Shown here one piece after another: positions 27,451-33,943 of a stretch of 36,280 nt of DNA. The notes under the pieces are model-generated. The model was not told where the DNA came from and searched no databases. It worked only from the letters and a program-made list of their open reading frames with translations. How positions within the stretch are numbered: the first letter of the stretch is position 1; each line of letters opens with the position of its first letter. Source of the stretch: a virus (Duplodnaviria; Caudoviricetes); IMG/VR virus record IMGVR_UViG_3300016484_000734, positions 1 through 36,280 of that record. One strand, given 5' to 3'. The position numbers were made by a program, and so were the translations under genes.

Positions 27451-28878
27451 CTACGCTACAAAATAATCAGGCCGCCCTGGGCCTGCATCTGGATTTGCCA
27501 GCAGGTAGCCATCGGCCTCGGCCTGCTCCTGCATCGCCCGGCCCTGCATGGTTAGTTGCTGTATGGATTTCCACCGCCCAGCCTTGCAGTAGCTGCCGAG
27601 CCATGCGGTGATGCACAGCGCGCCGTCCTTGCTGGCCTTGCCGACAAGAGAGGGCTTGATCTTCAGCCCGGTCACAGTTGGGTCGGTCAAACTGCGCTTG
27701 TAAGTATTAAGCCCTTTAATAAACTCAGGGTATAAATCGGCCTTTTTTGTGCTTTGCGCGCCGTCATCCGGCACCATTTTCTTAACCGTTTTGGCGGTAA
27801 AACCCATGCCTTCCAACACCTCAATTTCTTTCATTTTTGGCGCTGGCGCAACCTCTACGGAAACCTTTTCATACACCTCTACAAAACCTTTTTTATCCAC
27901 CTCCTGACCTCTAGCTAGAGGTTCCGTAGAGGTTCGTAGAGCTGCCGTGACGGGTGCCGCGCCGTGCTGCACCGTGCCGTGATTTTCGTCGCGGCTGCCA
28001 ATGGCTGGAAGCCATTTTTTCAGTCCGTTTTCGGATGGCTGTGCGGGTGGTTTTGGCTGTGCTTGAGTATTAATGTTTTCAATGCTTGCGGCTTGGTTTT
28101 GCGGGGCCAGCCCTTTTAGCGCGTAAGCCTCGCGCAACATTTCCGAGAATTTATAGCTGGCGAAGTTGAGAACGATGGTCGTCGTCAGGGTCAGAAATGC
28201 CATGACAATTGTCGCGCTGATCCCGGTGTATTTGGCAATTGCGCGCGCGTAGAGGTGGTGGCTGTCTTCCTTGAGTTTGTCTAGGCGATCCCCCTTGATT
28301 TTGGCCTCTGTGCGCATGGTGGCTAGTTGTTGCTCACTGGCTAGTCGGTCAGATTCGCGCAGGCTTAGCACCTCAGCTTGCAGGGCAGGGATGGCGGTTC
28401 GTCCGCCGTTTGCTGAGCAGGCGATGGGATGATGCCCGTCGCAGGCCGCACGCAGTTTGGCGAGGCGCGCTTCTTTGCTGGCAATGCGCCCAGCGTTCTG
28501 GGTGATGGGTGCAGGCGTTGATCCAGCGACGGGGGAGGACAGGGCTTTAACCTCGGCCTGCTCTGCAAATCGAGCGTCGGCTCGGATGTCTTGGCGGGCT
28601 GAAATCACCCAGCCATCCGCAAAAATCACAAACGCCGACAAAAACAAAACGCTAAACGGCATGCGTCGGTTGTAAATGTAGCGATGAGACTGCACAAGCA
28701 AAATTGCCAACGACAAAACAACTGACATCAAGACCGATACGGCGACAAAAAGCCACCGTAGAGGGTCGTCGGCGGTCGTGGCGTATACAAACGCCGAAAA
28801 CAGGTACAGCAGCAGCAGGGTTAGTGATGCCGAGAGGATCATCCCCAGCTTCAACGAGTTGGTGTGTAGAGTGTTCAT
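27451..28878 (-). CDS. Multi-pass membrane protein with a coiled coil and a soluble C-terminal domain
   Basis: 3 N-terminal TM segments, a coiled coil with a Cys pair, a further TM segment, a low-complexity linker and a basic C-terminal domain. Confidence 0.8.
   Translation of the reverse strand: MNTLHTNSLKLGMILSASLTLLLLYLFSAFVYATTADDPLRWLFVAVSVLMSVVLSLAILLVQSHRYIYNRRMPFSVLFLSAFVIFADGWVISARQDIRADARFAEQAEVKALSSPVAGSTPAPITQNAGRIASKEARLAKLRAACDGHHPIACSANGGRTAIPALQAEVLSLRESDRLASEQQLATMRTEAKIKGDRLDKLKEDSHHLYARAIAKYTGISATIVMAFLTLTTTIVLNFASYKFSEMLREAYALKGLAPQNQAASIENINTQAQPKPPAQPSENGLKKWLPAIGSRDENHGTVQHGAAPVTAALRTSTEPLARGQEVDKKGFVEVYEKVSVEVAPAPKMKEIEVLEGMGFTAKTVKKMVPDDGAQSTKKADLYPEFIKGLNTYKRSLTDPTVTGLKIKPSLVGKASKDGALCITAWLGSYCKAGRWKSIQQLTMQGRAMQEQAEADGYLLANPDAGPGRPDYFVA
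27851..27941. repeat. Array of ACCTCTA/TAGAGGT motifs around a 16-bp palindrome
   Basis: Motifs at 27851, 27875 and 27899 (24-bp period), palindrome ACCTCTAGCTAGAGGT at 27907-27922, and inverted copies at 27926 and 27936. Confidence 0.75.
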
Positions 28879-28879
28879 T

Positions 28880-29119
28880 TCAGGCTCCGATTAAAGAGGC
28901 GACGGCGGCCCCGGCGGCGCACAGCGCGAACATGCCAGCGCTGCCAGCGACCAAAAAGGCCAGGCTGATGAGGGCGAGGCCAATGGCCAGCACAAGCAGC
29001 ACTTGGTCGGCCAATGGCGCAGTCGCGGCGGCACAAATAAGCAGTGCGGCCCCCAGAAGTTTGAGCAATACACGGCCACGAATTGCCGGGACGGCTGTGA
29101 AAATTGGGCGCATAGTCAT
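28880..29119 (-). CDS. Small hydrophobic membrane protein
   Basis: GAGGAGG RBS. Almost entirely hydrophobic. Confidence 0.7.
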   Translation of the reverse strand: MTMRPIFTAVPAIRGRVLLKLLGAALLICAAATAPLADQVLLVLAIGLALISLAFLVAGSAGMFALCAAGAAVASLIGA

Positions 29120-29295
29120 TTTTGATCCTCCTCTTTGATTTGCGCGGCCTCGCGCGCCTTGCGCTGTTTCCACCATTCCGACTTGTAAATAGTGGTGTGG
29201 TTGATCCCAGTGCGCTCGCACGCCTTGTAAACTGGCACGCCATCTTCAATCAACGCCTGCGCGGCTTTCGCTTCTTGGCTTTGTCTTGCCCCCAT
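29116..29295 (-). CDS. Small HTH protein
   Basis: LIEDGVPVYKACERTGINHTTIYK, with an AAGGAGG RBS. Confidence 0.75.
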   Translation of the reverse strand: MGARQSQEAKAAQALIEDGVPVYKACERTGINHTTIYKSEWWKQRKAREAAQIKEEDQK

Positions 29296-29319
29296 ATCAT
29301 TGCCTCCTTTTGGTAAATG

Positions 29320-29382
29320 AGGGTGAATTTTACCAGTGCATTTTTCACCCTGCAACAATAAAAAAAGCCCGGCGAACCGGGC
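29320..29382 (-). promoter_or_regulatory. Intrinsic terminator followed by a sigma70 promoter with an inverted-repeat operator
   Basis: GCCCGG-TTCG-CCGGGC-T7, then TTGCAG-17-TAAAAT. AGGGTGAA-N16-TTCACCCT overlaps the promoter. Confidence 0.75.
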
Positions 29383-29397
29383 GTGTTGAAGAAAAGG

Positions 29398-29898
29398 CTA
29401 TTTGATAACTAGTCGGCTTGTTCGGATCAATTCGCAACCGGGTACAGCCTCGCCAGACTTGATTGCATCCTGCACCGCCTTTTTGTTCAGCGACGGTGGA
29501 GGGGGCGGGTTCTGCACCATGTACTGCGCAGGGATTGCGTCCGCATCCAAAACAAGCACGCGGACAGGGTTTTGTCGAGCCGATACCGAGTAAAGGGCGT
29601 TTTCGATTTTATGCCCGACGTGTGCAGCTTCCAGCGATTTAAGCAGCCATTCAGCCATATTCTCCGCCTTCGACTCCTTGGCCTTGCGACGTTCCGCTAG
29701 GCGCTCCTCTTCCGCCTTTATTGCTGCCGCTTGGGCTTCAAGCTCCAGGATTATTGCGGCGATGTTCAAAACCTTTGCGTCGAATTCCCAGCTCATTCCT
29801 TCCAGCGTGTCGCGGATCGTTTCGTCGTCCATTCCGTCGGATTCAAGCTGCTGGTATAGCGCCAGCAGCTCCCCGGTTAGTTGGTGTAGTGTGCTCAT
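29398..29898 (-). CDS. Siphovirus Gp157-family protein
   Basis: MSTLHQLT.EL, IRDTLE, AIKAEEERLAERRK, IPAQY, and NKKAV..AIKSGEAVPGCEL...RLVIK. Confidence 0.9.
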   Translation of the reverse strand: MSTLHQLTGELLALYQQLESDGMDDETIRDTLEGMSWEFDAKVLNIAAIILELEAQAAAIKAEEERLAERRKAKESKAENMAEWLLKSLEAAHVGHKIENALYSVSARQNPVRVLVLDADAIPAQYMVQNPPPPPSLNKKAVQDAIKSGEAVPGCELIRTSRLVIK

Positions 29899-30851
29899 TT
29901 CATGCTGTCCTTCGCGTCAGGGTGGTCTTCAAGTTGTTCAGTTCTGGCGGAGCTGGCGAAATCCTTTGCGTAAGCCTCGCCGATTGCGGCATTCAGTTCT
30001 TCGCGCAGACCGTCAAACCGGCCTGTGCCAATTTCGCTTACGCCGGAAACTTGCCAATATGCCAGCCATGCAGATTCGCCTCCTCCGTGCTTCTTAATCA
30101 GCGCGCGCAGTTCCCTGACTTGCGCTTCGCTGATTTTTTCAGGCTTTTTCACCTCGTCGCCATATTCCAGCCACTCGCGCAGATTTTCGCCTGTTGCGGT
30201 ATCAATCGGGCTTGGATTGCCAGACGAAAAAAGCCCTGTACGGTCTTTGGTTGCAATAGCAAAATGCCCATCATGCACCAGGTCGAAGACCACGGTGAAT
30301 TCGTATTCGGTTCCGTCGCGCTGCTCTTGCTTCATCCCCAGCTTTACGACCTTCTTCCGCCCGGCATCATCCGTCTGTGCCGTTTCTGTTTTGCTTCTGG
30401 CTGTGGCGATAACGTGCATACGGCTTTGCAAGATTGCATCCACAAAATCACGATGGCGAGGGGTGACGTCGTTCCACGCGCTCCACGAGTTCCCCTTGTA
30501 TTTTGCGCGCGCAAGATCGTCCACGATCTCCAAGCAGCCGCCTTTGCCGCTCCATTCGTGGGTGATGCTATCAATTATCAGCGTGTCGTATCCAGCGCGT
30601 TCAGCCTCGCGGATGGCCTCCTGGTAGGCTTCGGGGGTGTACGGCGGAGACAATTCCAGCACATCAAAATCAACCAGATGCGCATACAACGACGCGCTGC
30701 CGTGCTCGGTATCAACAACCGCGATACGCCCCCCCAGCCCCTTGGCAATCAGCAGCGCGCTGTATGTCTTGCCAGAGCCAGACGGGCCAGTAATTTCCAG
30801 ACGCAGCTTGGCCTTTTTGCGCTGCGCTTTTCTGAACTTGCTCATCATCAT
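29895..30851 (-). CDS. Sak4-like AAA ATPase (single-strand annealing recombinase)
   Basis: FRKAQRKKAKLRL, GPSGSGKTYSAL, VDTEHGS, IIDSITHEW and EYEFT. Confidence 0.88.
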   Translation of the reverse strand: MMMSKFRKAQRKKAKLRLEITGPSGSGKTYSALLIAKGLGGRIAVVDTEHGSASLYAHLVDFDVLELSPPYTPEAYQEAIREAERAGYDTLIIDSITHEWSGKGGCLEIVDDLARAKYKGNSWSAWNDVTPRHRDFVDAILQSRMHVIATARSKTETAQTDDAGRKKVVKLGMKQEQRDGTEYEFTVVFDLVHDGHFAIATKDRTGLFSSGNPSPIDTATGENLREWLEYGDEVKKPEKISEAQVRELRALIKKHGGGESAWLAYWQVSGVSEIGTGRFDGLREELNAAIGEAYAKDFASSARTEQLEDHPDAKDSMK

Positions 30852-30886
30852 TTCCTAGTTATATCAGGCAAATCGCCATGACCAGA

Positions 30887-30948
30887 ACATTACTGCAAAA
30901 AGCTTTGCGTGTAAAGCGAAAAGGCAAAATAAAACCCGGCGAACCGGG
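30887..30948 (-). promoter_or_regulatory. Terminator (CCCGG-TTCG-CCGGG-T) followed by promoter TTTACA-17-TAATGT
   Basis: Lies between ssb and the ATPase gene. Same hairpin core as 29367..29382. Confidence 0.65.
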
Positions 30949-30954
30949 ATTTTT

Positions 30955-31440
30955 TTAGAACGGAAGATCGTCGTCAAAATCGTCGAAGCTATTTTTTGCT
31001 GCTGGCGGTGCTGCGGGACGGTTGGGCGCGGCGGATGGGCGCTGGGTGGGGTCGCTGGGGCGCTGGGCGAATTGCTCGGCACCGCCTTGGTAATTATTGC
31101 CGCTGCCACCTTGACGGCTTCCCAGCATTTGCATCGTGTTGACCACAATTTTAGTGGTGTAGCGATCCTTGCCTTCCTTGTCCTGCCATTTTTCCGTGCG
31201 GATGCTGCCCTCGACGTAGATTTGCGAGCCTTTTTTCAGGTATTGCCCGACGACTTCTGCCTGGCGACCAAAGAAGCTGAGGTTGTGCCATTCTGTGCGT
31301 TCTTGCACTTGGCCCGATTTGTCTTTCCACTTGTCCGTGGTGGCGAGGTCTGTGCTGGCGACGGTTTCGCCGCTGCGCAGGTGGCGGATTTCCGGGTCTT
31401 TGCCTAAGTTGCCGACCAGAATGACTTTGTTAACAGACAT
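30955..31440 (-). CDS. ssb: Single-stranded DNA-binding protein
   Basis: MSVNKVILVGNLGKDPE, TEWH, YLKKGSQIYVEG and the acidic tail DFDDDLPF. Confidence 0.97.
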   Translation of the reverse strand: MSVNKVILVGNLGKDPEIRHLRSGETVASTDLATTDKWKDKSGQVQERTEWHNLSFFGRQAEVVGQYLKKGSQIYVEGSIRTEKWQDKEGKDRYTTKIVVNTMQMLGSRQGGSGNNYQGGAEQFAQRPSDPTQRPSAAPNRPAAPPAAKNSFDDFDDDLPF

Positions 31441-31462
31441 GGTTGATTCCTTTGTTTAAAAA

Positions 31463-31963
31463 TTAGATCCCCAGCGGGGACACCGGCGCAAGCGGCACAC
31501 AACCTTCACCGCGCCCCATGACCACGGCCATCGGGTGATGGTACATGTAGCCGTCAAAATAGTGCGATGCGGCCATGTATGAGCCATCATCTTGCACGGT
31601 AACAACCAGGCCGCCACGAGCCACATGCCCGGCCCACTGCCTTGATACTTTTAGCTTTTTCGCCAGCTGTGAGGTAGACAGCCATCCGGCTGGCACAGGC
31701 TTCCCGGCGCTCCGGCCAGGAGCTGATTTTTCCGGGGGCGTCTGCAGCTTGCGACGCTCTGTAAGAGTCACGAGCCGCGCGTCTGGCGCGACATAATACC
31801 GACCGTGTGCATACGCCAGCGCACACGAGCCGTCCTCGCGCATAATCCCCCCATTCATCCGGTAATATGCGATGTTGGAGTGATTGTTGATGGCCGATTC
31901 CGACAAAAGGCCCCATCCCTCCGGGGCTTTCGGCAAAATTGGCGCGTAAATTTTTCGTTGCAT
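31463..31963 (-). CDS. Hypothetical protein with an HTH-like segment
   Basis: WLSTSQLAKKLKVSRQW. AAGGA RBS before ATG 31963. Confidence 0.6.
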   Translation of the reverse strand: MQRKIYAPILPKAPEGWGLLSESAINNHSNIAYYRMNGGIMREDGSCALAYAHGRYYVAPDARLVTLTERRKLQTPPEKSAPGRSAGKPVPAGWLSTSQLAKKLKVSRQWAGHVARGGLVVTVQDDGSYMAASHYFDGYMYHHPMAVVMGRGEGCVPLAPVSPLGI

Positions 31964-31994
31964 GGCTAATCCTTTTCCAGTTATGAAGAAGGTC

Positions 31995-32022
31995 ATTTTA
32001 TATGTTTTTGCTTGCGCGTCAA
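31995..32022 (-). promoter_or_regulatory. Sigma70-like promoter
   Basis: TTGACG-16-TAAAAT carrying the shared CGCAAGCA spacer motif. Confidence 0.7.
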
Positions 32023-32067
32023 GTAAAATGGTGATAACACGCAATCTAATTCAATAAAAAGGAGAAA

Positions 32068-32175
32068 ATGATGGACGCAATCAAGATTTTTGCCACGCTG
32101 GTGCTGGTGGCAATGGCATGGGACGCCCTGCGCGAAATGGCGCGCAGCTTTCAGGGCAAGGGGGAGCGGCAATGA
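32068..32175 (+). CDS. 35-aa single-TM peptide
   Basis: AAGGAG RBS. MMDAIKIFATLVLVAMAWDAL..., with an ATGA overlap onto the next gene. Confidence 0.6.
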   Translation: MMDAIKIFATLVLVAMAWDALREMARSFQGKGERQ

Positions 32176-32468
32176 ACCGCGCCTTGCTATTTTTGCTATT
32201 AGCGCCGCTTCCTGCCATGGCCAGCACCGGGCAAATCAGCTACATGAGCAACGAAGGCAAGCACTTTGCAGCGGTGCAGACTGACGCTTACCCTGTAGGC
32301 ACGCATGTGGCGGTGTGTGTTCAAAGTGCATGCGCAGAAGGGTGGGTGGTGAAGGGATTTGCAAAGCCATCGCCACGGGTAGCGGTAATCAGCTACGACA
32401 TGGCCGAGGCGCTGGGGATTGTTGCGGATGGTGTGGTTGACGGGGAAATAAAAGAGGCGCAGAATTAA
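32172..32468 (+). CDS. Secreted RlpA-like double-psi beta-barrel protein
   Basis: Signal peptide ending in AMA. ISY, AA...YPVGT.V.V and R...IS...AEALG...G.V resemble the DPBB pattern. Confidence 0.55.
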   Translation: MNRALLFLLLAPLPAMASTGQISYMSNEGKHFAAVQTDAYPVGTHVAVCVQSACAEGWVVKGFAKPSPRVAVISYDMAEALGIVADGVVDGEIKEAQN

Positions 32469-32505
32469 GCCTTGTTTCATCTCCTCCTCAGCGTTCGCGC
32501 TGTTA

Positions 32506-32533
32506 GCCCGGCCCAAAAAGCCGGGCATTTTTT
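32506..32533 (+). terminator. Intrinsic terminator
   Basis: GCCCGGC-7 nt loop-GCCGGGC-ATTTTTT, between convergent genes. Confidence 0.75.
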
Positions 32534-32535
32534 GG

Positions 32536-32837
32536 CTATCGCTTACCAAGTTCCGCGCCGTACCATTCGGCGATCAGCTTATTGGCCTTCTCGATTAGGT
32601 CAGGCCTGTGTGGGCCATGGCTTGCTGCCAAAACATACGGTCAATCTCTTTAATGGCTTGCGGGAGGTTTCCGTGAGTTTGCGCACTTTTTGGCATCCCG
32701 TATGCGTAAAAAGTTTTTAGGTCGCTCTCGATTGCGTCTTGCAGATTAAAAAACTCAGTCAGCCGATTAACGGACTCGTTGCGCTTTTTGCAAAAGTCGC
32801 TCAGGGTAAGGCGTATGGCTACCTGATTATCGTACAT
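32536..32837 (-). pseudogene. Internally deleted DUF4942-like gene remnant
   Basis: The 80-aa ORF ends at IDRMFWQQAMAHTGL. Another frame continues directly with DLIEKANKLIAEWYG, which resembles the family C-terminus. Confidence 0.5.
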
Positions 32838-32845
32838 GGCGGCCC

Positions 32846-33115
32846 CTACAAATCGTGCCGAGCCGAAAAAATCGCATCTTGTGCAGCGCCTTCCATTTCT
32901 GCAGCTCGGCGGCGAATGCGCAAATCAATGGCGCGATGGATTGCCATTTGCAGCGGGAAATTGTCCCCGACCTGGAATCGCTGGATGATATTATCCAGTT
33001 CTGTTTCTGCAATTTCTGCTTCTGGCAGTTCTTCGCAGAACCCGGTCAGGACTTCGCGCGCAGCCATTTTCATGGCTTCGTGTTCGATTTGGGCACGCGT
33101 TGGGTTGGCTCTCAT
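32846..33115 (-). CDS. Hypothetical protein
   Basis: First gene of the leftward arm, with an AAGGA RBS. Confidence 0.7.
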   Translation of the reverse strand: MRANPTRAQIEHEAMKMAAREVLTGFCEELPEAEIAETELDNIIQRFQVGDNFPLQMAIHRAIDLRIRRRAAEMEGAAQDAIFSARHDL

Positions 33116-33149
33116 TTTCAAATTCCTTTGCTGTGTTTCGACGGTTTGA

Positions 33150-33250
33150 ATTATAACTGCTTTTGTTTGCGTGCAAAGCTAAATAAGCAAAACCACGTAA
33201 AAATAAATACACTCAAATTGCTTGACGCGCAAAGCATTAGCGCGTAGTAT
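33150..33250. promoter_or_regulatory. Divergent promoter region between the two transcription arms
   Basis: Leftward TTTGCA-16-TATAAT (33177..33150). Rightward TTGACG-17-TAGTAT (33222..33250). AT-rich spacer between them. Confidence 0.75.
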
Positions 33251-33260
33251 TCGGGCTGTT

Positions 33261-33361
33261 GGTGCAGTAGCTCAACGGAAGAGCAACGCCTATGCGTCAC
33301 GAGGCAGCATGATGGTGTGACGATTTGCGTAAGGTCGCAGGTTCAACTCCTGCCTGCATCA
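33261..33361 (+). ncRNA. tRNA-like RNA with the anticodon loop replaced by an extra hairpin
   Basis: Acceptor GGTGCAG/CTGCATC, D arm GCTC/GAGC, T arm GCAGG-TTCAACT-CCTGC. There are 37 nt between ACGC and GCGT instead of 9. No encoded CCA. Confidence 0.8.
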
Positions 33362-33367
33362 ACAATA

Positions 33368-33670
33368 TACGCATGGGCGACATGTGGGCTTGTCTAGGCA
33401 AGTTGTTCGGCGGCTTACATGGTGTCACACCTAGGCCATTTTCAAATGGAGGCAGGCTCGGTACCTGCGCGGTCGTTCAAGCCGGGATCGCATCCGGCAC
33501 ATAGCCCCTAAGATACAGCGGGTAGCCTGTATCGCAGTCCGGTACGCCAACGGTGCCGGGTAGCTGTAGTGGCGATGTTGGTGAGGCGATGACAGCCAAC
33601 ATATCCCAAGAAAAGTCATGCGTGCATGCGGGCACAGTGAGTTTGCCGCTGACCCCCCGGAAAGACGGGG
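33368..33670 (+). ncRNA. Candidate highly structured non-coding RNA
   Basis: A closing helix, about 8 hairpins and a possible pseudoknot, several helices with G-U pairs. No credible ORF. Confidence 0.6.
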
Positions 33671-33678
33671 ACTAATTT

Positions 33679-33768
33679 GGAGCGGTGGCCGAGTGGTTTA
33701 AGGCACCTGTCGTGAAAACGGACGACGGATTACACCGTCCGCGAGTTCAAATCTCACCCGCTCCGCCA
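33679..33768 (+). tRNA. tRNA-Ser(TGA), atypical
   Basis: GGAGCGG/CCGCTCC-G-CCA with a long variable arm GACGG/CCGTC. The loop CGTGAAA has G at position 33. C-A mismatches in the anticodon and T stems. Confidence 0.8.
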
Positions 33769-33847
33769 GTTTGTAGTAAAATCATCCTGTCGGAGATCAT
33801 CCGGCCTCCCTGTGGTGGGGAGCTTAAATAGTGCGGTTGTTCCGTCT

Positions 33848-33940
33848 CAGTCTCCTTTAGGCTGGTCGTCTGACCGTTTTTAGACTTACCTAGTCGCCCG
33901 CGCCGGTACACCAACTGGCGACCAGCACTAAAGGAGATTG
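33848..33940 (+). promoter_or_regulatory. 23-bp leader hairpin sequestering the replication-initiator RBS
   Basis: CAGTCTCCTTTAG-GCTGGTCGTC pairs with GGCGACCAGC-A-CTAAAGGAGATTG. Confidence 0.75.
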
Positions 33941-33943
33941 TAC

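Noticed and set aside
29721-30881. 386-aa + strand ORF and other long antisense ORFs (e.g. 421..1338, 12005..12817, 5303..6028)
   Set aside because: These are shadow ORFs opposite well-supported genes in GC-rich sequence, with no RBS or motifs.
33286-33297. Amber suppressor (CTA) or Ala (TGC) anticodon in the tRNA-like element, linked to the TAG at 20429
   Set aside because: Neither triplet sits in a 7-nt loop with U33, there is no G3-U70 pair, and other genes use TAG as a normal stop.
33378-33440. HDV-like (theta) ribozyme
   Set aside because: The interleaved helices fit loosely, but I could not identify P3/L3, P1.1 or the catalytic C context, so it was not called.
33679-33768. tRNA as an attP/prophage integration boundary
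   Set aside because: There is no integrase, no duplicated tRNA 3' end and no host genes in the window.
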